64,000 bases of DNA. Source: an uncultured virus (IMG/VR IMGVR_UViG_3300006169_000035) (Duplodnaviria; Heunggongvirae; Uroviricota; Caudoviricetes). A program made the position numbers and the translations under genes. Below are positions 18,901 to 28,783 of the stretch, in pieces. Under the pieces are notes generated by a model, which was given only the letters and a program-made list of their open reading frames with translations, did no database searches and was not told the origin of the DNA. The DNA lies in the IMG/VR virus record IMGVR_UViG_3300006169_000035, one strand, 5' to 3'. Position 1 is the first letter of the stretch. Every line of letters begins with the position of its first letter.

Positions 18901-20049
18901 ATGCCCACCGCTACAGCCCAAAGCACTTCGTTCAAGGCCTCCTTGCGAGCCCGCGAGCTCGCGAACGCGATCCGCCGCTGCCTCTCGTTCCTGCCCAAAA
19001 GCCCGATCCAGAGCCGGCAGATCCGCGTGTGTTGTTCCTCCGACTACTTGGCGCTCCAGAGCGGCGACGCAGAGTGCGGCCTCACAGCGCTCGTGCGAGC
19101 GGGCGTCGTCGATCCTCAAGAGTTCTGCGTCCCAGGCGACCTGATACTTCGCACGATCGAGGCGTGCCAGAAGAGCGTCGAGCACGTCACCTCGCACGCA
19201 ATCGAGCTCTCTCTGGTTGATGGCAAGCTCCGGATCGAGTCCGAGGCGGGCATGGTGCTGGAGATCCTTTGCAGCGACGAGGATCGCGTGCCCGCCTGGC
19301 CGGTGCTCAAGAAGCCGTGGGTCTCAGGCACCATTCCGTCAACGATCGCATTCGGTCCTCTGCTCGACGAGATCGAGTCGCACGCATCGAAGGACGAGCA
19401 GCGGATCAACCTCCACTGCCTGGCGGTCGAGCACGACGGAGAAGTGTGCCACGCGATCGCGTGCGATGGGCACCGCATGGTGATCGCCCGTCGCGAGTTC
19501 ATGTTCCCAAAGATGGAGCTGACACCGCTCCCGTTGCAGCTCGCAAGCATCCTGCCCGAGGGGCAGCTCGACGTGACGATCGACGAAACGTACGTGATGT
19601 TCACGTGTCCCGACGGATCGAAGATCTGGGCGAAGAAGATCCCGGTGACATACCCGCCTTGGCGCTCTGTCGTACCCAAGGACTACTTCGAGAAAGGGAT
19701 CCGTCTCGACACCGCTCGACTGCGCACCACCGTCGAAGCGATGGCGGTGATCATGACGGGGTCGAAGAGCGCCATGAAGATGGAGTTCGGAGCGTCCGCC
19801 CTCGTCTGCAGCCTCGATAACGACGGCATCGAGCGGGCAGCGGCTCGTCGTAGCGTGCGTCGATTCGGCAAGCTGAAGCCACCTAGCTCGAAGCCGACGG
19901 CTGTCCAGCCGAAGTTCGTCGCCGAGGCTCTCGACGTCATCGGCGAGTGCCCGCAGGTGCGGGTGTACTGGGAGAGCAATCTCGACCCTGTGGTCTTCTA
20001 CAACGACGACAACAGCATCGTGGTCGTCACGATGCCGATGAGGATCTGA
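18901..20049 (+). CDS. dnaN: DNA polymerase III beta-subunit-like sliding clamp
   Basis: 382 aa; ACDGHRM, YPPWRSVVP, C-terminal VTMPMRI. Confidence 0.8.
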   Translation: MPTATAQSTSFKASLRARELANAIRRCLSFLPKSPIQSRQIRVCCSSDYLALQSGDAECGLTALVRAGVVDPQEFCVPGDLILRTIEACQKSVEHVTSHAIELSLVDGKLRIESEAGMVLEILCSDEDRVPAWPVLKKPWVSGTIPSTIAFGPLLDEIESHASKDEQRINLHCLAVEHDGEVCHAIACDGHRMVIARREFMFPKMELTPLPLQLASILPEGQLDVTIDETYVMFTCPDGSKIWAKKIPVTYPPWRSVVPKDYFEKGIRLDTARLRTTVEAMAVIMTGSKSAMKMEFGASALVCSLDNDGIERAAARRSVRRFGKLKPPSSKPTAVQPKFVAEALDVIGECPQVRVYWESNLDPVVFYNDDNSIVVVTMPMRI

Positions 20050-20762
20050 TGCCGACGTTCATGGACAGAGTGCTCCGCGGGGAGATCCGCGATCTCGCTG
20101 CGGAGATCGATGCTTGCGTCGATCGCTGGCATCAAGGTGATGGGGATGAGTTTGAGCTTCACGACTATCTCGGGCTCACCTTCGAGGAGTACGGTGTCTG
20201 GGCCAAGGATCCCAAGAGGATCGACGACGTCGTCGCGATGGCGAAGGAGCGTCGACTGCCTGCCTGCGCCTGCGGAACGAAGCTGCGGACGATGGCCGCT
20301 CAGTCTGCCGGATCGTGCCCGCAATGCGACGCGGCCCGACGGGACCGGGCTCGAGCCGATCGGCTCGCTCGCGAAGCGATCATCGACATGATCGATCCGG
20401 AGCAGTTCGACCTCGCGTCAATCCGCTTCGAGTCGATGTCGTTCACAGGAGATGACGGTGGGGTTGTCCACGTCGAAGCTACCTCCGACCTCGTGAAGCT
20501 CGCTGCCGATGCGCCAGTGGGGGACGTCCAATCGTGGATCAAGGACCACGACGGCTGGAAGAGGATCGACTTCACCAGCATGCTCGCCGAGCACACCTCA
20601 ACGATCGAACGACAACAGCGCTCGCTCGACTACATCAAGACCAAGCTCACTCAGATCCGGGATCGTACAGGCTTCGCGCCGGGCAGCCACAACCTACTCG
20701 ACTTGATCGACGCGATCGCTGCGTGCGAGTACCAGAAGGAGGAAGAACGTGTCCCTCGTTGA
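20049..20762 (+). CDS. Hypothetical protein
   Basis: MPTFMDRVLRGE...WH...LHDYLGLTFEEY..W. Confidence 0.55.
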   Translation: MPTFMDRVLRGEIRDLAAEIDACVDRWHQGDGDEFELHDYLGLTFEEYGVWAKDPKRIDDVVAMAKERRLPACACGTKLRTMAAQSAGSCPQCDAARRDRARADRLAREAIIDMIDPEQFDLASIRFESMSFTGDDGGVVHVEATSDLVKLAADAPVGDVQSWIKDHDGWKRIDFTSMLAEHTSTIERQQRSLDYIKTKLTQIRDRTGFAPGSHNLLDLIDAIAACEYQKEEERVPR

Positions 20763-21029
20763 CGTCACCAACCCGATCGACGTGCCGCGGATCATTGCGG
20801 CCGTCAACGAGGCTCGCAAGCGCGAGCGTCTACTCCCGACCTGGGCTGAGCTCGGGCCAGCTCTTCAGCAGGCGCTCAAGCAACCAGGCGAACTCGTCGA
20901 CAACCTCGTCCCGATCTTCGGGATCCACATCCACCGGAGCATCGCGGTCTTCCGCGATGTTCTCGTCGAGCGATACGGAGCCGAGTACGCTGACGACCTC
21001 TGGCTCCGGCTCAGCCGAAGGACACCAAG

Positions 21030-21641
21030 ATGAGCGACAACATCGTCGGACTGCGCGTCACCGAGCAGGAGTACGACTTCGTCAGCAAGGGCCTCAACGC
21101 TCTGGCTGATCAAGCCAACAAGGCCGGCCAGGCCCACATCGCCAACCACCTTCGGCACTTCGTACAGCGGCTCAAGCAAGCCGTCTTCGTCGGCAATGGC
21201 ATCCCGAAGGAGACGATGCAAGGGCTCACGGACGAACTCGGCAGCGCTCTGCATGGCACTGATTTCGACAAGGTGCGCAAGGTGATGTCCACGATCGTGG
21301 CAGCCGCGGTGCGCATGGAACCCGATCCAGGCAACGCTGTCGGGCACATCGTAGGACCGTTCGCAGCGCAGATGATGCACCAGTGGGCGATGGGTCAGGG
21401 CGGCCAGATCGCCGCGGGCACGCTGCGTCACTTCTCTCGTCGCCTCAAGAAGGAGCGCAAGGCCTTTGAGAAGAACGGATGGAGCGATCCGGCCGCCACC
21501 TTCGACTACCTGCACGAGCTCACCAAGTACTGCGCGAGCGAACTCGAAAACGGAATCGACCCGTTCGCAGATCTGGGCGACGAAGGCGACGAGGACGAGG
21601 ACGCCGAGGACAGCTCCGACGAAGGACCGGCACCGCACTAA
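21030..21641 (+). CDS. Hypothetical protein with acidic tail
   Basis: 203 aa, ATGA coupling, DEGDEDEDAED tail. Confidence 0.6.
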   Translation: MSDNIVGLRVTEQEYDFVSKGLNALADQANKAGQAHIANHLRHFVQRLKQAVFVGNGIPKETMQGLTDELGSALHGTDFDKVRKVMSTIVAAAVRMEPDPGNAVGHIVGPFAAQMMHQWAMGQGGQIAAGTLRHFSRRLKKERKAFEKNGWSDPAATFDYLHELTKYCASELENGIDPFADLGDEGDEDEDAEDSSDEGPAPH

Positions 21642-22801
21642 TGGAGTTCTCCGAAGACCAGCTCGCTGCCCTCGATGCGATCGAGCGGTGGTTTGGTCGC
21701 GGCAGCGAGCCCTACTTCACCGTCGGCGGATGGGCCGGCACAGGCAAGACCACGATCATCGCGGAGATCAAGCGCCGTTACCGTGGTCGCGACGTCCGCG
21801 TCGCCGCGTACACAGGCAAGGCTGCATACGTGCTTCGTACGAAGGGCGTGAACGCATCCACGATCCATAGTCTCATCTACGCGCCTGTCGAGGTGTGCTT
21901 GCAGTCGAAGGAGCCGTCGGTCGACTGCGGTCTGCACGAGAAGATGGTCGACGTGTTCGGAGCCAAGATCCCCACGTGCAAGGACGTGGACACCGAGTTT
22001 CGTCGCGTGCCGGAGCTTTCGTGCGGCCTCATCGTCGTCGACGAAGCGTCGATGGTGAGCACCGAGATCTTCGAGGACCTCCTGAGCTTCAAGATCCCGT
22101 TGCTGTTCATCGGCGATCACGGTCAGCTCGAGCCGATCGGTCGAAACCCAGGCCTCATGCGCGACCCGTTGGTGAAGCTGGAGCGGATCCACAGGCAGGC
22201 CGAAGGCTCTCCGATCCTGCAGTTCGCCCACCGCGTTCGTCGCGGATTCGCTCCTTCGACCACCGGAGATGCCGCCCGCGTAGAGCAGATCCGGACTGCT
22301 CCTCGCAACCTGGATGACTTCGATGCGGTGCTCGTCGGTCGCAACGCAACGCGCGTCGAGATCAACAAGAAGATGAGACGTCTCTTGGGCTACGAGGGCG
22401 AGCTTCCTTGCCCGGGAGAGCGCGTGATCTGCCTGCGCAACGACAAGATGCGCGGGATCTTCAACGGCATGATCGCAACGGTTCGCGAGATCGATTCCCC
22501 CGACGATGGAAGCGGGATCTCCATGACAGTCACGGACGATCTGGGCGAGGTCTTCTCGGACATGCCGATCGCTCCCGAGCAGTTCAACAGCGAGAAGACG
22601 CTCGACAAGGAGATCAGTCGTCGCAAGACGCTGTGGGACTACGGATACTGCATGACGGTCCACAAGGCGCAGGGCAGCGAGTGGAGCAGCGTCTGCGTCC
22701 TCGAATGGATCCATCGCGATTGGAGTGCCGAGAGGTGGCGGTACACGGCCGCAACTCGAGCCGTAGACGAGCTGCTCTACTGCGTGAACCCTGGCAGGTG
22801 A
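21641..22801 (+). CDS. RecD/Dda-like SF1B helicase
   Basis: GWAGTGKTT, VDEASM, GDHGQL, HRQA, TVHKAQGSEW, YTAATRA. Confidence 0.92.
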   Translation: MEFSEDQLAALDAIERWFGRGSEPYFTVGGWAGTGKTTIIAEIKRRYRGRDVRVAAYTGKAAYVLRTKGVNASTIHSLIYAPVEVCLQSKEPSVDCGLHEKMVDVFGAKIPTCKDVDTEFRRVPELSCGLIVVDEASMVSTEIFEDLLSFKIPLLFIGDHGQLEPIGRNPGLMRDPLVKLERIHRQAEGSPILQFAHRVRRGFAPSTTGDAARVEQIRTAPRNLDDFDAVLVGRNATRVEINKKMRRLLGYEGELPCPGERVICLRNDKMRGIFNGMIATVREIDSPDDGSGISMTVTDDLGEVFSDMPIAPEQFNSEKTLDKEISRRKTLWDYGYCMTVHKAQGSEWSSVCVLEWIHRDWSAERWRYTAATRAVDELLYCVNPGR

Positions 22802-22804
22802 AGG

Positions 22805-23596
22805 ATGGCGGTACGCGAGAAGACGATCGACAGGATCAGAAAGGTGCTCGCGCTCACACGGAGCAGCGAGGTCAACGAGGCGGCGAATGCCGCCGCGCAG
22901 GCCGCAAAGCTCATGGCAGAGCACGGGCTCACCGAGGACGACCTCGCCGAAGAGGAAGATCCCTTCGGCGACAACCGAGACATGCACGTGCAGGTCGGGA
23001 CCAGCAAGCGTCTGACGAGCTGGAAGTGGAACCTCGCATGGGTTGTCGGTTACAGCGCACGGTGCAAGCCGTTCGTGCTCGACCTCCTGGAAGGTGATGT
23101 GTTCGTTGCAAAGGTCATCGCCTTCATCGGACGCCGTTCGGACGCCGAGCTCTGCGTCTACCTCTTCAGCTATCTGCTCGTCGAGATCAAGCGCCTGCAC
23201 GACGAAAGGCGTCCTCCGATCGGCAAGCGGATCCAGAGGTACGTCCCTGGCCAACCGGAGATGCCCGTTGTCGACCGCACCTACCAACGTCGGTGGAGTC
23301 GAGACTTCTACCTCGGCGCCACGCATACGATCTCGCAGCGGATCACCGAGGCCAGCGACGCCGTCATGCGTACCGCGAGCGATAAGGCGCTCGCGAGGAT
23401 CGACGTGATGAACGCAGAGGTGAAGAAGATCGCCGAGGAGCTGGGGATCCAGTTCCTCAAGACGCGCGAGGTCGACATCGTCTCGCACTCCGGCTACGCG
23501 TCCGGCGTCAAAGCGGCCAAGGAGATCGATCTCTCGCGTGATCATCGTGCACTTGTGTCCGGACGCGTGTTACCACCGTCCAACGACGAGACCTGA
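22805..23596 (+). CDS. DUF2786 domain protein
   Basis: IDRIRKVLAL..S..NEAANAAAQAAKLMAEHGL; F.LG; GY..G. Confidence 0.8.
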   Translation: MAVREKTIDRIRKVLALTRSSEVNEAANAAAQAAKLMAEHGLTEDDLAEEEDPFGDNRDMHVQVGTSKRLTSWKWNLAWVVGYSARCKPFVLDLLEGDVFVAKVIAFIGRRSDAELCVYLFSYLLVEIKRLHDERRPPIGKRIQRYVPGQPEMPVVDRTYQRRWSRDFYLGATHTISQRITEASDAVMRTASDKALARIDVMNAEVKKIAEELGIQFLKTREVDIVSHSGYASGVKAAKEIDLSRDHRALVSGRVLPPSNDET

Positions 23597-23629
23597 AGCC
23601 GTCTCGCGAGCCGGTGCTACGCTTGATCG

Positions 23630-24040
23630 GTGATCGAGAGCGCCAGCCTTGCCGCACTTCGCGAGCATGCAACGCTGGACGAAGTATGGGAGCGAGCGAT
23701 CGAGATCGGATCTCGGCTTCGTGGAGGGGGTGACCTGGTCGAGCTCGCCGACGCGATCGACGATCTTGCCAGACACCTACGTCCGCCAAAGCTCGAAGGG
23801 ATCGTCGCCGAGCTCGCTCACCCCCAGATGTGGGCGACCCGAGAGCACGCGCTGCAGCTTGCCGCCTGGATCACCGACGCGGCCCGGATCATCTGCCGTC
23901 TACGAGACGATGCCGAGATCACAGGCAGCACCGCCACGATCGCCGACGCCGACGCGTGGCTGAAGTCCGTCGGAATCCCGTCCAAACCCGTCCCCGGCAC
24001 AGATCCTCCGCCAGATCCGCCAGACGACGCGCCCGCGTAG
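23630..24040 (+). CDS. Hypothetical protein
   Basis: GTG start 6 nt after TG-c-TACGCT. Confidence 0.5.
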   Translation: MIESASLAALREHATLDEVWERAIEIGSRLRGGGDLVELADAIDDLARHLRPPKLEGIVAELAHPQMWATREHALQLAAWITDAARIICRLRDDAEITGSTATIADADAWLKSVGIPSKPVPGTDPPPDPPDDAPA

Positions 24041-24057
24041 AGCTTTTGGTAGGGTCG
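24041..24057 (+). promoter_or_regulatory. 17-bp motif AGCTTTTGGTAGGGTCG (putative -10 TAGGGT), copy 1
   Basis: Identical copy at 32451-32467 on the minus strand; TAGGGT is 6 nt before ATG 24062. Confidence 0.6.
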
Positions 24058-24061
24058 ATCC

Positions 24062-24556
24062 ATGCCCAAGCGCAAGACCTGGGTCTGGGTCGGAGTCGGA
24101 TCCGCTGCATTGCTCACCGCTGTTGCCGCGGCTGGAGTGGTCACCTACCGACGGCGCAAGAAGGCGAAGGAGCTCACGCTCGTCGACCTCACGGTCCCGC
24201 CGCCGCCTCGTCCCACGAGAACGACGCCTTCGGAAGTACTCGACGCGGAGATCTGCACGCAGTGGAAGACCGGAAACCATCGTCCGAGGTGGAGACCAGC
24301 TCTCTTCGACCGCGTCAACGAAGCGCTCGCGGTCGCGATGACGACGATCGATCCGCAGTGGAGAAACGAGGCTCAACGAGGCCGCAAGGCCTTCCAGATC
24401 GCTCGTACTGCGCTCGGCAGCATGTGCCCCTCAGTCCCTCTGCCCCGCGACGAGGCTGAGGTCGAGGAGCTCAGCCAGAGGTTCTACTGGGACGAACTCT
24501 GGGGTCGTCTCTACGCGAGCTCGATCAACATGCTCGCCGACTACGGTCCGAGCTAG
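24062..24556 (+). CDS. Single-pass membrane protein
   Basis: MPKRK-TM-YRRRKK, Pro-rich linker, helical domain ending MCPSVPLP...W. Confidence 0.7.
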   Translation: MPKRKTWVWVGVGSAALLTAVAAAGVVTYRRRKKAKELTLVDLTVPPPPRPTRTTPSEVLDAEICTQWKTGNHRPRWRPALFDRVNEALAVAMTTIDPQWRNEAQRGRKAFQIARTALGSMCPSVPLPRDEAEVEELSQRFYWDELWGRLYASSINMLADYGPS

Positions 24557-24679
24557 CCAAGGGAACTCCCTTCGAGCAGCCTCCAGGCGCCTGTCGGTTC
24601 GGTCGAGGATCATCCACACGGTCTTCACGCCCGGGAGCATCGGCGAGCCCCACGGGGACTTGAGGTAGAATGTGGCCCG

Positions 24680-25006
24680 ATGGCGAACTTCGAGTACCCC
24701 GAGGCCGGCATCGACGCCTCTCCGGGCGTCAAGCAGGACATCCAGGCCTTCCGCCGGCTCCCGGTGATCCAGCGCCAGGGCGTCCCACTTCTGTACTACC
24801 TGCTCGGATCAGGGACGCCGCCCTACAAGATGGACGCCGTCGAGTCCGCCTACCAAGATGAGCCCAAGCGCGTATTGCTGATCGCCGAGCAGAACTGCGC
24901 CAACTGCAGTGCGAGCTACATCCACGCCAAGAGCGGCAACTGGATCTGCGATCAGATCAGCCCTTTCATCGCGCCTCAGGGATGGTGCCGCCTGTGGCGG
25001 CCGTGA
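24680..25006 (+). CDS. HiPIP-like four-Cys iron-sulfur domain protein
   Basis: AYQDEPK...NCANC...C...I.PQGWCRLW. Confidence 0.6.
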   Translation: MANFEYPEAGIDASPGVKQDIQAFRRLPVIQRQGVPLLYYLLGSGTPPYKMDAVESAYQDEPKRVLLIAEQNCANCSASYIHAKSGNWICDQISPFIAPQGWCRLWRP

Positions 25007-25452
25007 AGCTCGAGCCGTCGCCGATCGTAGTGGTGACCGGAGGCCGCGACTTCGAAGGATCAGCCGGGGACGAGCGCCGACTGGTCGAGCTTCTCGACGA
25101 GTTCCGTCCGAGGATCGTGCGGCACGGCGGATGTCGAGGCGCCGACACGTGGTCCGGGTACATCGCGCACAACCTCGGGATGCACGTCGAGGTGTGGCCC
25201 GCAACGCAAGCCGACGCGCAGCGCTGGGCGTCGCGCATGGACTACGCACGGATCGTCTACCCGCCGAGCTGGGCTCGCTGGCCTTCAGCCGGCCCCAAGC
25301 GCAACGTGGCGATGCTCCTCGGCAACGGGCATCCAGCCGGCCAAGTCATCGCGTGTCCAGGTGGGACCGGAACGATGCGCTGCATCGAGGCCGCGACAAC
25401 GATCGCTCCTGTCACCTTCTTGCACGACGCGGATTCCGTCGCTGCACGTTGA
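25003..25452 (+). CDS. YspA/SLOG-family (DUF2493-like) protein
   Basis: VVVTGGRDF, HGGCRGAD, AGPKRN, PGGTGT. Confidence 0.85.
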   Translation: MKLEPSPIVVVTGGRDFEGSAGDERRLVELLDEFRPRIVRHGGCRGADTWSGYIAHNLGMHVEVWPATQADAQRWASRMDYARIVYPPSWARWPSAGPKRNVAMLLGNGHPAGQVIACPGGTGTMRCIEAATTIAPVTFLHDADSVAAR

Positions 25453-25969
25453 GCAGCTCGATCGCTCTTCGAACGTGACCGATCTGCAAGCCACCCGTGG
25501 CGAAGTCGGTCTGGACGTGCCAGGGCGAGAGGTGTTCCATGTCGTCGTCATCGTCGAGGATCACGAAGGCGGCGACGTCGTCAGCGCTGTCGAGCCACTG
25601 CTGGATCTCGTAGCCCCGTGGGTACGGCTCCTGCGGATGCGGTCTGCGACCTGCGTAGCGAGCGAAGACATCCGGGTCGTGTTCGGAGGGGATCGGCGTT
25701 CGGCCGATCATGGCGCCCGTCATGCCTCGGCGATCTCGAAGAGCGTTCGCGGTGTCCTCCCAGGTGTGGAAGGTGCGCCACGTGCTGCTGAGCACCACGA
25801 CGGCGTCCGTAACCTCGGTGATCATGTTGAGGCGAGCGATGCAGGCAGGATCGGTGGAGTGCTGCACGTCGTCGGCGTACGTCGGGTTGCGGACACGGGA
25901 CCCACGAGTCTCGGCCCACTGCTGGCTGTTGAGCACGCCGTCGATGTCGAGGAAGACGACCTTCTTCAT
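25412..25969 (-). CDS. HAD-superfamily phosphatase (Swiss-Army-knife RNA-repair type)
   Basis: FLDIDGVLN, VLSSTWR, RGYEIQQWL, FVILDDD. Confidence 0.88.
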   Translation of the reverse strand: MKKVVFLDIDGVLNSQQWAETRGSRVRNPTYADDVQHSTDPACIARLNMITEVTDAVVVLSSTWRTFHTWEDTANALRDRRGMTGAMIGRTPIPSEHDPDVFARYAGRRPHPQEPYPRGYEIQQWLDSADDVAAFVILDDDDDMEHLSPWHVQTDFATGGLQIGHVRRAIELLNVQRRNPRRARR

Positions 25970-26304
25970 CGCGCATTCGATAGTACCGGATCGGAGCCAA
26001 GGAGTCCTTCGCGTCGCATCCACGTCCACGCGGCCACTACGACGTCGCCGTGGCACGGACGAGGCTTGCAGCTGCAGACGAGGAGATCACCGGGCTTGAT
26101 CCGGCGCATCTCTTCCATCACCGCCACGTCCCGCTGGCGGATCTTCTTCCACAACCACTTGCGGTACAGCTCCAGCGCGCTCGAGCCGTGCTCGGCAACG
26201 GTGTACGGGTTGCCAAGCGGAGTACCCCTACCGATGTACCGAGCTCCACGAGGAAGTCCGGTACGGCGGTAGTGGTGCCGGTTGACGACCTGCGGAGGCG
26301 TCAC
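25966..26304 (-). CDS. DUF4326 family protein
   Basis: YIGRGTPLGNPY...Y.KWL...LVCSCKPRPCHGDVV. Confidence 0.88.
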   Translation of the reverse strand: MTPPQVVNRHHYRRTGLPRGARYIGRGTPLGNPYTVAEHGSSALELYRKWLWKKIRQRDVAVMEEMRRIKPGDLLVCSCKPRPCHGDVVVAAWTWMRREGLLGSDPVLSNAR

Positions 26305-26777
26305 TGCGAGGACTCAGCCTGCTTGAGCTTTCGCGCTTCAGCGTCAGCCCGCATCTTTTCACGCGCCTTGCGCTGCTCGTTCCGATGTCCCCGTCCATCG
26401 GGATCGCATCGATCGCAGGCGTACCCGAGATCTCTATGCTCGATCGACGTCGGTGCCTCGTGACCGTGCCAGTCACGAAAGCTCCGCGCCGCGATGGCGT
26501 GCAGACCACGAAGGGCTGCTGACGCACCACCAAAGGCGGACGCAAAGGGAGGGGAGAACAGCAGCCGCAGCAGGTTGTGCTCACCTTCCACGAGTGCGTG
26601 GAGCGTGTAGTCGCAACACTCGATTTCGACCAGCCATCGGTTCTGGCGCTCATCGATCGGCCAGTAGATCTTGCCGGCGAGCTCCGGACACCCGTCATCC
26701 GCGTCTCCAGACGTACTGATCGTCGGGTGCTCAGAGAACCCGTTGGACTTCAGGTAGTCCCCCCCAGCTCGATCCAT
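26301..26777 (-). CDS. Hypothetical protein
   Basis: 158-aa ORF, GGAAGG upstream, coupled to DUF4326. Confidence 0.5.
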   Translation of the reverse strand: MDRAGGDYLKSNGFSEHPTISTSGDADDGCPELAGKIYWPIDERQNRWLVEIECCDYTLHALVEGEHNLLRLLFSPPFASAFGGASAALRGLHAIAARSFRDWHGHEAPTSIEHRDLGYACDRCDPDGRGHRNEQRKAREKMRADAEARKLKQAESSQ

Positions 26778-26867
26778 CCTTCCATTTTTCCCAAGGCACG
26801 TGCCTGCGTTGGAAATCGCCGTCGTAGACGGTGATCGTATGGTGTTCCTGTTGCGGATGTTCGTCGC

Positions 26868-27386
26868 TCATATCGCGTGTCCTGGTTGATGCCACGGCAC
26901 CGGGGCCAATCGCTTCGGGAGGTAAAGAGGATGCTCGGGGTGCCCTTCCTTCGTCCTACGCAGGCAGAAGGTCTCGACCCCGAGATCGCGCAGGACGGAC
27001 AGCACACGCGCGACAGCTTCAGGCTTCGCATTGGTGCCCCACCCGAGCACGACGAGCGCCGCATCCTTGCACTGCTCCTCGATGTGCCGCAGGTTGTCGG
27101 GTCCGTAGGGATCGTCGACCTCCCAGAGGCCCTTTGGATCGGTCGAGCGCAGCCCGTAGAGGTTGAGGATCACCATCGCAGGGTGACCCCAGCGCATCGT
27201 GAAGTCCTGGCAGCGACGCAGCGTGGGGTCGAGATCGGTCTCGTCTGCGGTGCTCGGGTTGAGCATGATCCATACGACGGCGGGTCCGATACCCCAGCGG
27301 CGCCAGAGCACGTAGCGGTAGACACGGTCCTCGTCGAAGATAGCGCCCGCCTCGTCGGCGGAACGAGCAAAGAGATCAGCTTGCAA
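26868..27386 (-). CDS. DUF1643 family protein
   Basis: YRYVLWRRW, IMLNPSTAD..DPTLRRC, NLY..RSTDP, GWG, GHPEHPLY. Confidence 0.9.
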   Translation of the reverse strand: MQADLFARSADEAGAIFDEDRVYRYVLWRRWGIGPAVVWIMLNPSTADETDLDPTLRRCQDFTMRWGHPAMVILNLYGLRSTDPKGLWEVDDPYGPDNLRHIEEQCKDAALVVLGWGTNAKPEAVARVLSVLRDLGVETFCLRRTKEGHPEHPLYLPKRLAPVPWHQPGHAI

Positions 27387-27754
27387 GAGCAGCCTCCTCT
27401 CGATTGCGCAGCACGTTGTCAGCGAACTCGATCCCCGACGGACTCAGGCCGAAGTACTTCTTGCCGAGTCGCCCCTGAACAGCGATCCCGATCCGAAGCA
27501 GTCGCCTGGCGTGCTTGAGGTCGGTACGATCGGTGAGGAAGATCGGTGTCTCGCTTTGCCGTATGCGGATCGCGAGATCCGTCTCTTCGACACTGACGGT
27601 CTCGTGCTTCCAGGCGACGTCCGTCTGCCAGTTGCTCACGCCGTGACTCGTCGAGAGGATCGGCGCGAGATCAGGTGCGCAGCTGTGAAGCCGGCAACCC
27701 CGAGCAGCGTGAGACCGAGGAGCAGGACGGGTGGACTCTTCCAGTTGAGCTTCA

Positions 27755-28783
27755 TCAGAAACATCCGTTGGCGAGACGCCGGGCGGCACGATGGAGCCGC
27801 GGGTTGTCGATGGTGAGCGCCCGACGGAGCGCCGAGCTGTTTCGCAGAAGTGGATCGATCTCGGACATGGCCTTCTCGTTGCCGGCGTCAGCCTCCGCAG
27901 CGAGCTCGGTGAGTCTGTCCATGCTCTCGACGTCGAGGACACCGCGCTTGTACGGCGTGTGGCTCGCCTTCGAGATCTCGGCCATGCGCCGCGTCTTCAC
28001 CTGAACCTCGACCGGTCGACCGTCGACCGAGACGATGTAGTGCATCGCGCGGTAGCCCTGTTGGGGCGTCTTGTAGTAGTCGACCTTCTCCAGGACAGGG
28101 AAGTCCTCCTCGATCGCGGAGGTCGCCTTGCGCAGGCCGGCCTCGTCGGGCACGACGATCCGTGTGCCAGCGATGTCCGTCAGCGTGTCGAGGCGCTTGC
28201 GGCGAAGCTTGTTGACGATCGAGAACGGGGTCTTGACGCGGCCCTGGACTTTGGCCCCTTTGATCCGAAGCCCTTGCAGCCGATCGATCACGGTCTGCAT
28301 CGCCGGTAGGAACTCCTGCCGCGTGTCGATGAAGTGGCCGATTTCGTCCGAGAGCTGGACCTCCTCGATGCTCTTCTCGTCGCCGGCCTGAAACGGCCTC
28401 GGGTCGTCGACGTCCGGGATCGTGTCCGCGTCCGAGTCGTCGAAGACGGACGGGTAATCGCTGCGCCGGATCGGTCGCGGAGAGTTTGTCTCCCGCTCGA
28501 CCAGTGCCGGGATGCTGGACCATCCGGACTCGACAGCGACGGCGTAGGTGCTGTTGCCATCCAGAACCCTTCCGTCATGAGAGATCGAGATCGGGGCACG
28601 CTTGGTGCCGCCGGCACACGCCGCCTCCATGTGCTTGCGCGCGTTCACGATCCCGCTCGGCCGAGCACGGATCGGCTTGAGCTCGGCGATCGGCACAAGG
28701 ATCGTGCCGCGAGGTCGCGTGAAGTAGCTCCACGGCGACTCCGGCAGCGAGGCGCACTCCACGTTATGACGTCGCCGTGCCAT
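27755..28783 (-). CDS. ParB/Srx-like domain fused to RelA/SpoT small alarmone synthetase domain
   Basis: PISISHDGRVLDGNSTY; synthetase motifs GRVK..SI..KL, DIAGTRIV, GYRAMH, VEVQVKT. Confidence 0.85.
   Translation of the reverse strand: MARRRHNVECASLPESPWSYFTRPRGTILVPIAELKPIRARPSGIVNARKHMEAACAGGTKRAPISISHDGRVLDGNSTYAVAVESGWSSIPALVERETNSPRPIRRSDYPSVFDDSDADTIPDVDDPRPFQAGDEKSIEEVQLSDEIGHFIDTRQEFLPAMQTVIDRLQGLRIKGAKVQGRVKTPFSIVNKLRRKRLDTLTDIAGTRIVVPDEAGLRKATSAIEEDFPVLEKVDYYKTPQQGYRAMHYIVSVDGRPVEVQVKTRRMAEISKASHTPYKRGVLDVESMDRLTELAAEADAGNEKAMSEIDPLLRNSSALRRALTIDNPRLHRAARRLANGCF

Noticed and set aside
21638..23545. Long minus-strand ORF of 635 aa (similarly 32564-34423, 10280-11638, 54437-55705)
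   Set aside because: Antisense to well-supported genes; long shadow ORFs are expected at this GC content
21641..27386. NP dipeptides in the helicase (GRNP, VNP), DUF4326 (GNPY) and DUF1643 (LNPS)
   Set aside because: Family-conserved or isolated occurrences without a basic run or domain-boundary position; not counted in the NP code. The same applies to GNP in the SLT motif
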